A stretch of 64,000 nucleotides of DNA, from the sequence record MW735835.1; one strand, written 5' to 3'. The notes under the pieces were generated by a model. It searched no databases. It was given only the letters and a program-made list of their open reading frames with translations, and was not told the DNA's origin. Source of the DNA: Pseudomonas phage pPa_SNUABM_DT01. This document shows, piece by piece, positions 7,782 to 17,901 of the stretch (within the stretch, counting starts at the first letter, position 1; each line of letters opens with the position of its first letter). The position numbers were made by a program, and so were the translations under genes.

Positions 7782-9419
7782 ATGAGTAAAGTTGCAAACG
7801 TAACCATCATCGAAGGCGCTGACAAGATGTTCAAGACCGGCAAGGTCGTCAACACCTTCAAGCTCCTGGAACAGTCCGCTGTGCTGCTGCACGAAGGCAA
7901 GCCCAGCGTGAACCTGCAAGACACCGAGACCCTGATCGTCCGCCGTGGACAGTACGGCGCCATCAATATCAGCATGCTGACCGGTGAAGGCGATGGCGAA
8001 CTGGGCATCAAGATCACTGCCGATGGCCAGGGCTTGGAAGACTGCCACGCAGATCGCACTGGCAACATCATCATGCGTTGGGCCTATTCCAAGATCAAGG
8101 AAGAAGGTCCGTCGCTGTCCGGTGGTGTCGACGATCGTCACGAGCTGGAAGAACAGCGTCGTGATCCGGCGGCCGTGGCCGCACGTGCTGCTCAATCGGG
8201 CGGGCCGGACAACCTGGCCGAAGCTGCGTTCATGGAGAAGATCATCGACATCGAGGCTCACCACAACTCCGACATCAAGACCTCCTTCAACCGCCACGGT
8301 GTGAAGGCAATCCTGACCTGGGCACATCGTCAAGACCTGGACGGCGCCTCGGCAATGGCGCACGAAGGCAAGCTGGTCGATGACACCATCGAAGTCCTGG
8401 CCCGCAATATCCGGGAATTCCCGGAATCTCCGCGTGATCTGCGTGTTGCCCTGAAGGCCGATCCTGCTGGCCTGGGGATCGACGTCGTGGTATTCGGTCG
8501 CACCACTGACCTGTACCGTGTCGACATCGTCAACAACGACCTGAACCTGGTTCATCGCAACTTCGCAGTCAGCAAGGACATGCCGATGGTGATCATCAGC
8601 GACGTTACCATCAACGGTACCGCGCCGGTGACCATGGCTCGTCTGCCGGTGAACGAAGTCACCAGCTTCAACCAGACCACTGCCGATGTGAAGTTCGACG
8701 CGCTGATCCTCAACGCTGACCTGGAGCACGTGATCGCCTACTTCGGTCCCGAGCAACTGGATAAGCTGGTAGGTTACGTGGTCACCGAGGTCTTCAAGGA
8801 CCCGACCGTGACCATGAAGTGGGTGGACAGCATCAACGTCCGTCTGGTCGACAATGCTGATGGCTACTTCCTGGTTGTGGAAGTGGTGCAGCAAGGTTCG
8901 ACTCCGTCGTACGTCGGCGAGCTGTACTCGGTCAACGAGAAGGGTATCCTGATCGAGGACCACAACGTGGCGTTCGCTCTGCACCCGGGCTGGACCATTC
9001 AACTGACTGGCTTCCGGGCTACCCCGGCCAGTGTGCTGATGGGTCGCAGCCATCGTCCTCGCCTGCATGCGGATCGTGACTTCGGTCGTGGCCGTGAGCT
9101 GGGGGATTACGAACGTCTGGGCCCGCTGTCTGGTGGTCAGGAGGAAGAAGAGCAGCGTCGTGAAGATCCGGTCCGTATCCCGAACCGCGAATGGATTCCG
9201 CAGATCAACCAGTTCGTCCACATCGAGGGCGAGCCGACTCTGTACTTCATCGCGGACTACGACCAACTGGAACATCGCTTCCTGCTCAAGCAAGCCGACA
9301 GCAGCCGCCGTGAACGCGACAGCCGTCTGGACAGCCGTTACCGTGACAACCGCAAGAACGCCGACGGCCTGATCCCGGTTGAACCGGGTCGTCTGCGCCC
9401 GTTCACCTTGTTCCACTAA
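7782..9419 (+). CDS. hypothetical protein (545 aa) with a charged RD/E-rich C-terminal region
   Basis: SD ggagatgtatcATG. Long ORF with balanced composition. The antisense ORF 7611..9575 is an artefact. The promoter box and terminators on both sides indicate a separately transcribed unit. Confidence 0.7.
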   Translation: MSKVANVTIIEGADKMFKTGKVVNTFKLLEQSAVLLHEGKPSVNLQDTETLIVRRGQYGAINISMLTGEGDGELGIKITADGQGLEDCHADRTGNIIMRWAYSKIKEEGPSLSGGVDDRHELEEQRRDPAAVAARAAQSGGPDNLAEAAFMEKIIDIEAHHNSDIKTSFNRHGVKAILTWAHRQDLDGASAMAHEGKLVDDTIEVLARNIREFPESPRDLRVALKADPAGLGIDVVVFGRTTDLYRVDIVNNDLNLVHRNFAVSKDMPMVIISDVTINGTAPVTMARLPVNEVTSFNQTTADVKFDALILNADLEHVIAYFGPEQLDKLVGYVVTEVFKDPTVTMKWVDSINVRLVDNADGYFLVVEVVQQGSTPSYVGELYSVNEKGILIEDHNVAFALHPGWTIQLTGFRATPASVLMGRSHRPRLHADRDFGRGRELGDYERLGPLSGGQEEEEQRREDPVRIPNREWIPQINQFVHIEGEPTLYFIADYDQLEHRFLLKQADSSRRERDSRLDSRYRDNRKNADGLIPVEPGRLRPFTLFH

Positions 9420-9434
9420 TCCTGGACAGACGGC

Positions 9435-9479
9435 ATACAGGGCGCCCATTGGGCGCCCTGTATCCGTTTCTTTTTTTTG
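9435..9479. terminator. bidirectional intrinsic terminator (atacagggcgcccattgggcgccctgtat plus T8 on +)
   Basis: Perfect 13-bp stem followed by a T-run on the + strand. It lies between the convergent genes 7782..9419 (+) and 9493..10359 (-). Confidence 0.7.
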
Positions 9480-9492
9480 TTTCCAGCAAGCC

Positions 9493-10359
9493 TTACAGCT
9501 TGATGAAGGTGCGGTTGAACTCCGCAACTTGCTCGGTGTAGCCCACGTTGTGCTTGGCCACGTCCGCTTCCACACCGGTCATGAAGGCCGGCTTCAGGTT
9601 CGGAGAGGTACCGGTCTTCGGCATCGCGTCCAGCAGTTGCTGAGCGAAGCGATCGACCGCGAGACCTACCTGCTGCATCCCGGTGAACGGGATGGACAGG
9701 ACAAGCTCCTCGCCATCGGCGGTCTTGTCACGACGGCCGGTGAAATCACCGGCAGTGGTCGGGTACATGTTGGTGATGAGCCACGCCGAGTTGACCTTGG
9801 TGAAGGACGGGTCCGGCTCGAAGGCGATGATGCTCATCGAGTAGATGTCCGGCAGCAGGTCGGTCGGGCGGTTGACGCGGGTAGCGATACCCGGCACCTT
9901 CGAATCCGGGTCCATGATCAGTTCGGTGATCCAGGATTCGAAGAACCGCTGAACCGGACGACCGTACTTCTCACGGATGGTCATCGAGGGGTCGGAACGC
10001 TGACGCGTCACGTTGCTCGGGGTCTGTTGCATTTCGCCAGCACCCGACACCGGCGCTTCGACGCTGTTCACAGTCAGGGTACGGTTGAAGCCGTCCCAGG
10101 TCTGTGCGTGCATCTCCACAATGCCCTTGAGGGCCTTGTAGTAGCTGTCCGGGTTGTCCAGGTATTGGAAACCACGCGGCGCTTGCAGAACCTTGATGAT
10201 CAGGTTGCGGCGTACGTAGTCGGTGTTGGCATGGAAGTAACGGAGGTCCGACTGGTAGGCGTTTTGACCGCCCAGTGCCAGGTTGACCATCGGCGAGTTG
10301 TTGTACTCGCCGTAACCCAGGCCGTTACCCAGGAGAGTGTCGCGATGACGGACGCCCAT
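9493..10359 (-). CDS. putative tail tube protein (288 aa)
   Basis: Minus-strand ORF with normal composition, immediately downstream of the 686-aa gene with a TAATG stop/start overlap. The size and sheath-then-tube order resemble myovirus and phiKZ gp29/gp30 arrangements. No motif confirmation. Confidence 0.35.
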   Translation of the reverse strand: MGVRHRDTLLGNGLGYGEYNNSPMVNLALGGQNAYQSDLRYFHANTDYVRRNLIIKVLQAPRGFQYLDNPDSYYKALKGIVEMHAQTWDGFNRTLTVNSVEAPVSGAGEMQQTPSNVTRQRSDPSMTIREKYGRPVQRFFESWITELIMDPDSKVPGIATRVNRPTDLLPDIYSMSIIAFEPDPSFTKVNSAWLITNMYPTTAGDFTGRRDKTADGEELVLSIPFTGMQQVGLAVDRFAQQLLDAMPKTGTSPNLKPAFMTGVEADVAKHNVGYTEQVAEFNRTFIKL

Positions 10360-12419
10360 TATGCAGTCTCCGCACCAGAGGTACGACGGCCGGCAACGAT
10401 GGTCAGAACTTCAACCGTCTTCATGCCGTCGAACAGGCCTTCGATGTCCGTGTGCCAGCTGTAGCCGCGCTGGGTGTCAGCCGCGGTGTAGTAGGAACTC
10501 GGGGTGATGTCGGCACGACCGTCGTAACGATCCTTGATCTGCCCTTCGATGAAGCGGTCCACGTTCACCGCGTACTCGTCCGCAGTCATGCGGCTGTCGC
10601 CAGTGAACATGCGCCAGGCCAGCTCACCGATACGGTTGAGGTGGCAGCAGATCGCCATCGGGAAGAACGAGTTGAGGACCGACGTGTTGTCGTGGTAGAC
10701 GGTCTGGATACCCGGGAAGAACACTTGACCGCGATGGTCGAAGGGTTCGGCCGAGGAGATACCAGCTTGCCAGTCGGTGTTGCGCGGCTTGACCGGACGG
10801 AACTTCGCGTTGTGGTTCACGAAGCGGGTCACGACGCGGTAGGTGCTGTTGTCCGGCGCGTAGCCGGCACGCATGCGCTCGCCACCCATGTAGGTAGCGA
10901 CCTTGACCGCGAAGTCCACGGTGAACGGCAGGATGCCGTCGTACGGGGAGTCCAGGTACTCACCAGCGTGCTTCATGACGACAGCACGGCAGGCGCCGGT
11001 GTTGTAGAATTCCGACTCCGGCACGAGGCTCAGCGCGTTACGCAGCATGGCACCGATGCTGGAATCTTCTTCCGGGGTGTTCAGGGGCTCGTTGACGTCC
11101 TGAGTGGAAGCCAGGACCCACGCGTCCGGACGGACCGCCATGACGTTGGCCATCAGCTTCTTGGTTTCGAGGCTGAAGCCGGTGTCGATGAAGGCCGACA
11201 TCGGGAAGCTGGCACGGTCAGCGTACGGCACGTCGCCTTCGCCGAACACGTTCAGCTCGTCCTGGACCGCTTGGTCGTAGTCCTCACGGGTCACGTCGCC
11301 GTCATCACCGCCTTGCAGCCAGTGAGTGGCGGTCTCGCCGAACAGAACACCGTTACCGGCCGGGCCTTCCACCTTGACGGTGTAGTACGGCACGCCGTTG
11401 ATGTTCACGCCACCAAACAGGTTGATGGTTTGCTCGGGGGTGACTTCGCCTTCGATCAGGCCGTACTCTTCTTCGGTCGCGAAGACCTGGTCGAGAACGG
11501 TCTGGACGTGCTGGCTGTAGACGTAGAACGTCTTCAGCGGACCGTAGCCGGAGAACACCTCGGGGTCGTTGTTCTCGAACGCCTTGAGGATGCGCTTGTC
11601 GTAGCTGTAGTTGATGTTGGTCTTCGGATCGACCACACCGGTCTTCAGCGAGAACTCGACGGACGGATCGCCGTTCAGGTTCATCAGCACCTGGCCGGTG
11701 CTGTTCTGGTTCGCGCGTTCCAGAATCGACAGGCGGTACAGGAAAGCACCTTGGCTTTCTACCAGCTCGGCGTTGGCCGGGGTGCTGGAGTTGGTGGTCG
11801 GGGCCACCAGACGCAGACCGAAGTTCTTGCCCTTCGAACCTTCGAAGCGAGCTTCGATGTCGAAGAACGGGTACATGGTCGAAGCCTTGCCGTCGTAGTT
11901 GGTCATCAGACCAGTGGTCGGGCTGGCGTTGCGCACGCCTTCTTCGCCACCGATTTCCTCGACGGCCCAGCGGATGCGGTTGCCGTCCAGCGGTTCACCG
12001 GTTTCCACCAGTTGACCGTCGGTACGCTTGAAGCTGCCATCCGGGTTACGCTCGTACTGAGCGATCTTGTCGTCGACGATGTCGCACCAGACGCGCAGGG
12101 TAGCGGTCTTGGCGCCGTTCGCTTTCATACGACGGACCAGGGACATGGCGCCGGTTTGCAGAACTTTCTGCAACATGGCAGCCTGGTGGCTCAGGAACGG
12201 GGAGCCTGCGCCGAAGGAATCGGCACCGTAGATGGTGTTGAAGCCTGCACCCGAAACCAGCAGAGCGGTATCGGACGGACCCCAAGAGGTGAACAGCGGG
12301 GTCCAGGGCAGGAAGATCGGCAGATTGACGATCTCCAGCGGCTGACCCTGACCGCTCACATCTTTGAAACCGAGCACCTCAGTGCGCGGCAAAGACGAAG
12401 CCATCGAAACAGACGACAT
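10359..12419 (-). CDS. putative tail sheath protein (686 aa)
   Basis: Real minus-strand ORF; the + strand ORF 10452..12494 is V/D/R/G/H-biased antisense. Start assigned to the ATG with SD gggagacattacaATG (MSSVSMASS...). Function inferred only from size and position relative to the 288-aa gene. Confidence 0.35.
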   Translation of the reverse strand: MSSVSMASSLPRTEVLGFKDVSGQGQPLEIVNLPIFLPWTPLFTSWGPSDTALLVSGAGFNTIYGADSFGAGSPFLSHQAAMLQKVLQTGAMSLVRRMKANGAKTATLRVWCDIVDDKIAQYERNPDGSFKRTDGQLVETGEPLDGNRIRWAVEEIGGEEGVRNASPTTGLMTNYDGKASTMYPFFDIEARFEGSKGKNFGLRLVAPTTNSSTPANAELVESQGAFLYRLSILERANQNSTGQVLMNLNGDPSVEFSLKTGVVDPKTNINYSYDKRILKAFENNDPEVFSGYGPLKTFYVYSQHVQTVLDQVFATEEEYGLIEGEVTPEQTINLFGGVNINGVPYYTVKVEGPAGNGVLFGETATHWLQGGDDGDVTREDYDQAVQDELNVFGEGDVPYADRASFPMSAFIDTGFSLETKKLMANVMAVRPDAWVLASTQDVNEPLNTPEEDSSIGAMLRNALSLVPESEFYNTGACRAVVMKHAGEYLDSPYDGILPFTVDFAVKVATYMGGERMRAGYAPDNSTYRVVTRFVNHNAKFRPVKPRNTDWQAGISSAEPFDHRGQVFFPGIQTVYHDNTSVLNSFFPMAICCHLNRIGELAWRMFTGDSRMTADEYAVNVDRFIEGQIKDRYDGRADITPSSYYTAADTQRGYSWHTDIEGLFDGMKTVEVLTIVAGRRTSGAETA

Positions 12420-12583
12420 TGTAATGTCTCCCATGGGAAAAAATTCAACTTCGCGCGTGAAGTTACGAATGGTATGGCCCTTGCCTACATTTGAAAACGT
12501 AGGATTCGGTACTCGATGTGTTCGATACCACCACCACATACTATTTTGTTATTTTTTACTGGGTGCAACGGAAGAGGTAGAAG

Positions 12584-13519
12584 ATGATTACCAGTCCCTG
12601 GAATTCCACGGCCTTGCGCCAGCACAAGCTGGACAAGATTCTCAGTGAAATCGCCATCGCAAAAGCCATGGGCGCACTGATCAATGATGGACCCCGAGTC
12701 CTGCTGGTCACCCCGCTCGCCGAGAAGGTTGACGCCTTCGTTCTTCCGATTACCTCGGTCGAATACGCCGAGCGCAAGCTGAACGACAACGGCGCCGTGT
12801 TCATGGACGGTCGTTCGTTCATGCGCAAAGAAAACCGTAGCGACTCCGGCTTCGTGGTGAACAACCAGATGCAGGCTGACTTCTTCAACCGCATCGGTGA
12901 ACTCACTGCACTGTGGATTGCACAGCCGATCATGCGCGAAGACTTCATGCGCACCGGCGATATTGCTGCCCAGGTGTACATCTCCTGGCTCAGCAGTGCC
13001 ATCACCAACAAACTCGGTGTGGACTTGGAAGTCGCGCGCGAGATCCAGATCATTACTGCTGTTTTCTTTGCCCAGCAGTTCCACAGCGCCGAAGATTCCG
13101 TCTCCGATCGCGGTAAAGAGAAGTTCGTCAAGCTGATCCAGCGCTGGACTCGCCACCCGATTCAGCTCATTCAGAGCATCGTGGAAAGCCTGCCTTACAT
13201 GGAGCTGCTGAGCGACTTCGTCAAGGCCCTGCAAGAGCATTTCTCCCAGAACACCCGCGTGACTCAGGTCAACACTGGTTATTTGGTAATGTCTCTGGGT
13301 CGCTCCTGGTTCGGCTATGGCGCTACCGAGATCGCTTCGGTTGCTCTGGAATACCCACCGGTGTTCCTGGCTCTGGTCGAAGCAGCTGCCAACGCGAAGG
13401 TGTGGCGCAAGACCCATCTGGGCAAGCTGGTGGAAAACCTGAACCAAAGCCGTGCGGCAGAATCGTTCGCCCGGTCCATGGAGATTCTCGCTGGCGAAGC
13501 CCGGGGCTCCAATCGTTAA
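12584..13519 (+). CDS. hypothetical protein
   Basis: 311-aa ORF with SD ggaagaggtagaagATG, divergent from the sheath-like gene across an AT-rich 165-bp region. Confidence 0.65.
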   Translation: MITSPWNSTALRQHKLDKILSEIAIAKAMGALINDGPRVLLVTPLAEKVDAFVLPITSVEYAERKLNDNGAVFMDGRSFMRKENRSDSGFVVNNQMQADFFNRIGELTALWIAQPIMREDFMRTGDIAAQVYISWLSSAITNKLGVDLEVAREIQIITAVFFAQQFHSAEDSVSDRGKEKFVKLIQRWTRHPIQLIQSIVESLPYMELLSDFVKALQEHFSQNTRVTQVNTGYLVMSLGRSWFGYGATEIASVALEYPPVFLALVEAAANAKVWRKTHLGKLVENLNQSRAAESFARSMEILAGEARGSNR

Positions 13520-13525
13520 TAGAAG

Positions 13526-16105
13526 GTGGACTTCATGACCTCCGATGACTTTCTGATCGACCACGCGTACAAACACGTGTGGTGTGCGCCGGAGCAGGAC
13601 CGGCAGCACATCCTGCGTCCTGCGCGCATCAGCCCTAAAGTCGGGGCTCGTGGAAGTACTGACGTGTTGTGGAACACGTTCAACCTGCCCACCGAAAAAG
13701 AACGCTACCATGTCTTCCAGTTCGGCAACATCGCTCAGAGCAACCTTGATCTGAAGCTGACGCGGAACACCTGGACGAGCGCCAGCTCCCAGATGGTGGA
13801 CAGCATGATGCTGGTGGACATCTACACCGAAAGGGGGTTGATGATTCCGCGTCGGTTGGCGTACTTCCTGATGACCAACGATGGCAACATCGTGATTGCT
13901 GTGGAACACCTGCCGAACATCGGTGACTTCGGTCGCGAAGATATCTACGTTCGTTTCTACAGCAACCAGTTCTTCGCTCGTTTGGACGTGCCCGATGACG
14001 AAGAAGGCATCGAGTACCATTACGGCAAACCGGCCAGCACGGGTCAGCTGAACGCCCTGACGTTCAAGCTGCGCGACCTGCGCCTGAAGTCCGGTTACAC
14101 CTTCGCCTTCGTCAATGGCTGGCGAGTGAACGAGATCAACAACGCAACGGTGGCCATTGGTGACCGGGTGGAGTTGGTCCGTGACAGTTCCGTGGTGCGT
14201 GTAGAAGAGTTCGAGGTCAAAGACCTGCCGGTGTTCCTCTCCGAGTTCGACGAGTGCCAGAAGTACTTGATCCATTCCAAGGTTCCGAACGATGACCAGA
14301 TCTGGTATCGCGACGACCAGGACCTGTTCCTGTACTACAAGAAGACGCCGTTTGTCCACAAGGGCATTTATTACCACAAGAACCAGGAAGACTCCATCCG
14401 CATGGTCACGCATCGGGACTACTCGATTCCGACCGCGTACGTCGACCGGTTCCTGACGCAGAACCCCAACTGGGCGGTGAACAGCCAGCTCACGGTTCAG
14501 CTCGTGGTACGGCGCTCCGGCATGGACAAGGAGCTGATGAGTGAGGCTCACCACATCAAAGAACTGTACAAGTTCGATGACGCGGATTGGCTGGCTGCCA
14601 TCATCGGTACTGAGGCCGTAGTGGACGTGTGGCGGATCGAAGAACTCGAGAAGTCCATGTACACCGCGCTGATGCGCGCCCCTGCCGGTACCATCACCCG
14701 CGAGATGGTCGAAGCCGCTTATGGTTACAACACCATCGCCCGGATCGTGGCGGACACCCCTCAAAAGGTGCCCGGTCCCAAGCAGTGGGTCGAACTCCCG
14801 TTTGGCCTGCGTGGCGAAAGCACCATCTACGAGTACGACTCCTCTGGCAAGTTGCTCGGTTGGTACGCCAACCAGAACGTGCAGTGGTACGTGCCTCGGT
14901 CGCTGCGTTGCAGCTACATCGAAGGCATTGTGGGCAAAGGCACGGACGTGCTCAGCACGGTCTACGCTGGCAACCACAAGCCTGCCGCTGGCCTGACCTA
15001 TCGTTGCTACATCACCGCCATCGAGAACGGTTACCCCACCGGTGACTGGATCGACGTGACCGGGGATGACACCAAATACGACCTCATCGATGGGGAAGTG
15101 GTGTGGAAGGTCAACCCGCTGTTGTTTTACACCGCAATCAAGATGGACGATTCCTTCTTGACCTACAACCTCGAACTCGATTACGCGGACGGGTTGCTGC
15201 GGTTCAGTCTGAACGTGAAGGAGCTGCGCATCAACGGCATCCTTTACACCGGGCTGGTGGAGATCCCGGCAGGGTTGCTGGAGATCTGGTTGAACGGTTG
15301 CCCGCTGATCGAGAAACTCGATTGGTACATGGAAGGCAAGGAAATCGTCATCGTCAACAAGCAGTACCGCAACCGGACTGGCACGTCGAATACCATCACC
15401 ATTCGCCACACCGGCTTCTGCAACCCGGACATGACCCGGGTGAAAGAGTCGGAGTACGGTTGGGTGGAGAACGGTCTCCTGAGCCGGAACAACCGCTGGA
15501 ACCTGCGGGACGACAAAGTGGTGCGTGTCATCGCTGATGGCCGTATCTGGAGCCGAGAAGAATTGAGCTGGGCAGAAGACCGCCCAGAAGTGGTCTTGCC
15601 GGGTGTGCGCAATGGTGCAGCTTATCAGGTCACCGAACCGCTCATCCCGCTGCGCGGCGTGACGTTCGAGGATGCCTACGAGATGCGCGATGTGGCGGAA
15701 GCCACGGACAAGCAGATCGAGGATTACATGACCGAGCGTCTGGGTGAAGTCCCACCGCAAGAGTTCAACCCGATTCCGTTCCGCCACACGCTGTACAGTC
15801 CCTTCGTGGGCAAGCTGATGCATGACCTGATCAGCGGGTACTTCGATCAAACCCCTCTGACCGATTACTACAGCGACGTGGATGTGCGTAAGTGGTGCGA
15901 ACCCTACGTCTGGTTGCTCAAGTACGAGCCGACCAAGCGTAACCTCGACGAGCGGTACGTCGTTGTGGATGCGCATGAGCGCGTAGAGCCGTTCCGGCTG
16001 CCGATTCACCAGTACAACTTCTTGGCCCGCGCCATCAAGGTGATGCTGGACGACAAGATCGACATCACGCACTCGATTCTGATCGACCACCTGCCCATTG
16101 AATAA
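13526..16105 (+). CDS. large hypothetical protein (859 aa), possibly virion structural
   Basis: Protein-like composition. The overlapping minus ORF 12485..16168 (1227 aa) is H/V/D/R/Q-rich antisense. SD aaggtggacttcATG. Confidence 0.7.
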   Translation: MDFMTSDDFLIDHAYKHVWCAPEQDRQHILRPARISPKVGARGSTDVLWNTFNLPTEKERYHVFQFGNIAQSNLDLKLTRNTWTSASSQMVDSMMLVDIYTERGLMIPRRLAYFLMTNDGNIVIAVEHLPNIGDFGREDIYVRFYSNQFFARLDVPDDEEGIEYHYGKPASTGQLNALTFKLRDLRLKSGYTFAFVNGWRVNEINNATVAIGDRVELVRDSSVVRVEEFEVKDLPVFLSEFDECQKYLIHSKVPNDDQIWYRDDQDLFLYYKKTPFVHKGIYYHKNQEDSIRMVTHRDYSIPTAYVDRFLTQNPNWAVNSQLTVQLVVRRSGMDKELMSEAHHIKELYKFDDADWLAAIIGTEAVVDVWRIEELEKSMYTALMRAPAGTITREMVEAAYGYNTIARIVADTPQKVPGPKQWVELPFGLRGESTIYEYDSSGKLLGWYANQNVQWYVPRSLRCSYIEGIVGKGTDVLSTVYAGNHKPAAGLTYRCYITAIENGYPTGDWIDVTGDDTKYDLIDGEVVWKVNPLLFYTAIKMDDSFLTYNLELDYADGLLRFSLNVKELRINGILYTGLVEIPAGLLEIWLNGCPLIEKLDWYMEGKEIVIVNKQYRNRTGTSNTITIRHTGFCNPDMTRVKESEYGWVENGLLSRNNRWNLRDDKVVRVIADGRIWSREELSWAEDRPEVVLPGVRNGAAYQVTEPLIPLRGVTFEDAYEMRDVAEATDKQIEDYMTERLGEVPPQEFNPIPFRHTLYSPFVGKLMHDLISGYFDQTPLTDYYSDVDVRKWCEPYVWLLKYEPTKRNLDERYVVVDAHERVEPFRLPIHQYNFLARAIKVMLDDKIDITHSILIDHLPIE

Positions 16106-16143
16106 CCTCAGGAGCACGGGGACAGTGTCCCCGTGATGAATAG

Positions 16144-17820
16144 ATGAGTACTGTCGACGATATCCCATTGGTGGGTGAGGTAAACCTCGAGCGAGGTTGG
16201 AAGATCTGGAACATGAAACAGATCTTCACCGGTCTGCCGGGTACTGGCAAGATCTGTCCCAACGTGGACGACCTGGTCATCGACCTCAAGACTGGCTGGT
16301 ACCTGGTGACCACCATCGACATTACCACCGGTAAGTGCACCATGATCCCGTGGACGCTGCCGATGGTCAGTCAGAACAACGTGGTCGTGGACCAACTGCT
16401 CGGCGTAGGCACCGGTGCTCAGTCCGAGACCTGGCGCGTCTACATCGACACCCGTCAGATGCCCTACTCGATGCAGATCGATGGCCGTCTGCACCTGTAC
16501 CGCAGCGATGCGGATCACTACAAGGTGTTCCTCGGCACTGACATCAGCGAGAACGGCACCCTGATCTCGGCGAGTTACTCGCCGTCGGGCGAATACCAGA
16601 ACGAGAACATCGGTCTGGAGCATGTTGGTGATGACAACATCAACAACTGGGCCATCTGGGCTCCGAAAGCAGGCAACACCAACCGCCGCCTGAACAACGG
16701 CGAAGTGGTCACGGTGGTGCTGTACAACGCTGTCGGCAATGCGCTGAGCCATTCGTCCATGCTGGTGGAAAACACCACGCTGGTACGCCGTACTGCGGCT
16801 GGCCTCAAGCACATCAAGTCCATCGGCATCAGTTCGCCGTACCTGTCGGAATCCGACCCGTCTCAACTGGTGGTCCCGATCAACGTGGACCTGCGTACCG
16901 TCACCCTGACCGGTGTCGTGCGCTACAACACCGGTGAAGAACTGGAAGTGCCGATCGTTCAAGACGGTACCGGCAAGATGTCCCTGCACGGCCTACGGTG
17001 GTATTCGCCGACCATTCAGTCGTACCCGCACAAGCTCACCCTGAGCTACCGTTTGAGCGAGGATGAGTTCTCTCTCGAGCACGGTGTGACCGAAGAAGGC
17101 TACATCACCGAACCGTTCACCATCAAGGCTGTAGCGGCAGAAGGCGCTTATAGTGTGCGGCTCTACGCCTTCCCGACCTGGAATTCTCCAGCGTCGCGTT
17201 ACGACCTGGATTTCTGGCTCTTCAATATCGACCGCGACCAGTACTACCGTGTACCGCGTTCGATCGTGGAAATCCCGGACAACGAAGTGGCCTTCGACGG
17301 CTCCGACTTCATCTCGCGTCAGCGTCTGAAGTTCGGCCTGCTCCTGAGCAACGTCGATCCGATTTTCCCGCAACACAAGTTCGTGCAGTCTGCTGAGATC
17401 GCTCTCAACAAGGCTGGCTCGGAAACCGGAGACAAGTGGCAGGTCAAGTGTGACCCGTCGCAAGAGAAGTTCTTCGGTGCGGGTGTGATTGCGAAGAACC
17501 GTTTCGTCAACGTCAACCTGTCGTACCTCGATCTGAAAGCGGGTGCAGCCGACCTCGATGCTTGGCTGAACAAGATCTACTACCCGCTCAACCATCTGTT
17601 CGACGACACCAGTGAAGTCCGTGCGCCGGAACCGACGCACTTCATCATTCACACCAAGACCCGCGAATATCCGTTTGCGGTGTCTCAGTGGAATCAGGAA
17701 TTCCCGATTCTCAACGATGTGACCATCGGCGAGACCATCTACCTGCGGTGGGTGCGGGAAACCTCCAGCGGCCAGCTTCAGCTGGGCGTGACTGGTCTGG
17801 CTATCGAACAGAGCAACTGA
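16144..17820 (+). CDS. hypothetical protein (558 aa)
   Basis: Balanced composition. The antisense ORFs 16108..16989 and 16993..17829 are artefacts. Lies directly upstream of the terminase gene. Confidence 0.65.
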   Translation: MSTVDDIPLVGEVNLERGWKIWNMKQIFTGLPGTGKICPNVDDLVIDLKTGWYLVTTIDITTGKCTMIPWTLPMVSQNNVVVDQLLGVGTGAQSETWRVYIDTRQMPYSMQIDGRLHLYRSDADHYKVFLGTDISENGTLISASYSPSGEYQNENIGLEHVGDDNINNWAIWAPKAGNTNRRLNNGEVVTVVLYNAVGNALSHSSMLVENTTLVRRTAAGLKHIKSIGISSPYLSESDPSQLVVPINVDLRTVTLTGVVRYNTGEELEVPIVQDGTGKMSLHGLRWYSPTIQSYPHKLTLSYRLSEDEFSLEHGVTEEGYITEPFTIKAVAAEGAYSVRLYAFPTWNSPASRYDLDFWLFNIDRDQYYRVPRSIVEIPDNEVAFDGSDFISRQRLKFGLLLSNVDPIFPQHKFVQSAEIALNKAGSETGDKWQVKCDPSQEKFFGAGVIAKNRFVNVNLSYLDLKAGAADLDAWLNKIYYPLNHLFDDTSEVRAPEPTHFIIHTKTREYPFAVSQWNQEFPILNDVTIGETIYLRWVRETSSGQLQLGVTGLAIEQSN

Positions 17821-17901
17821 TAGGGGCATGGGGCTGTCGGGGAAACCCGACAGTCCTGTGTGCCGTTCGACGCGATTTGACCAATCGCCTAGGGAAAGAC
17901 C

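Noticed and set aside
7611-9575. 654-aa minus-strand ORF opposite gene 7782..9419
   Set aside because: Antisense composition. It crosses a promoter box and a terminator that bound the + gene.
10452-12494. 680-aa plus-strand ORF opposite the sheath-like gene
   Set aside because: V/D/R/G/H-biased (for example VVVVDGLDTREEH). The minus-strand ORF has diverse composition, an SD-ATG and a coupled downstream gene.
12485-16168. 1227-aa minus-strand ORF overlapping genes 12584..13519 and 13526..16105
   Set aside because: H/V/D/R/Q-rich, low-complexity antisense composition. The + strand partners have normal composition and SD sequences.
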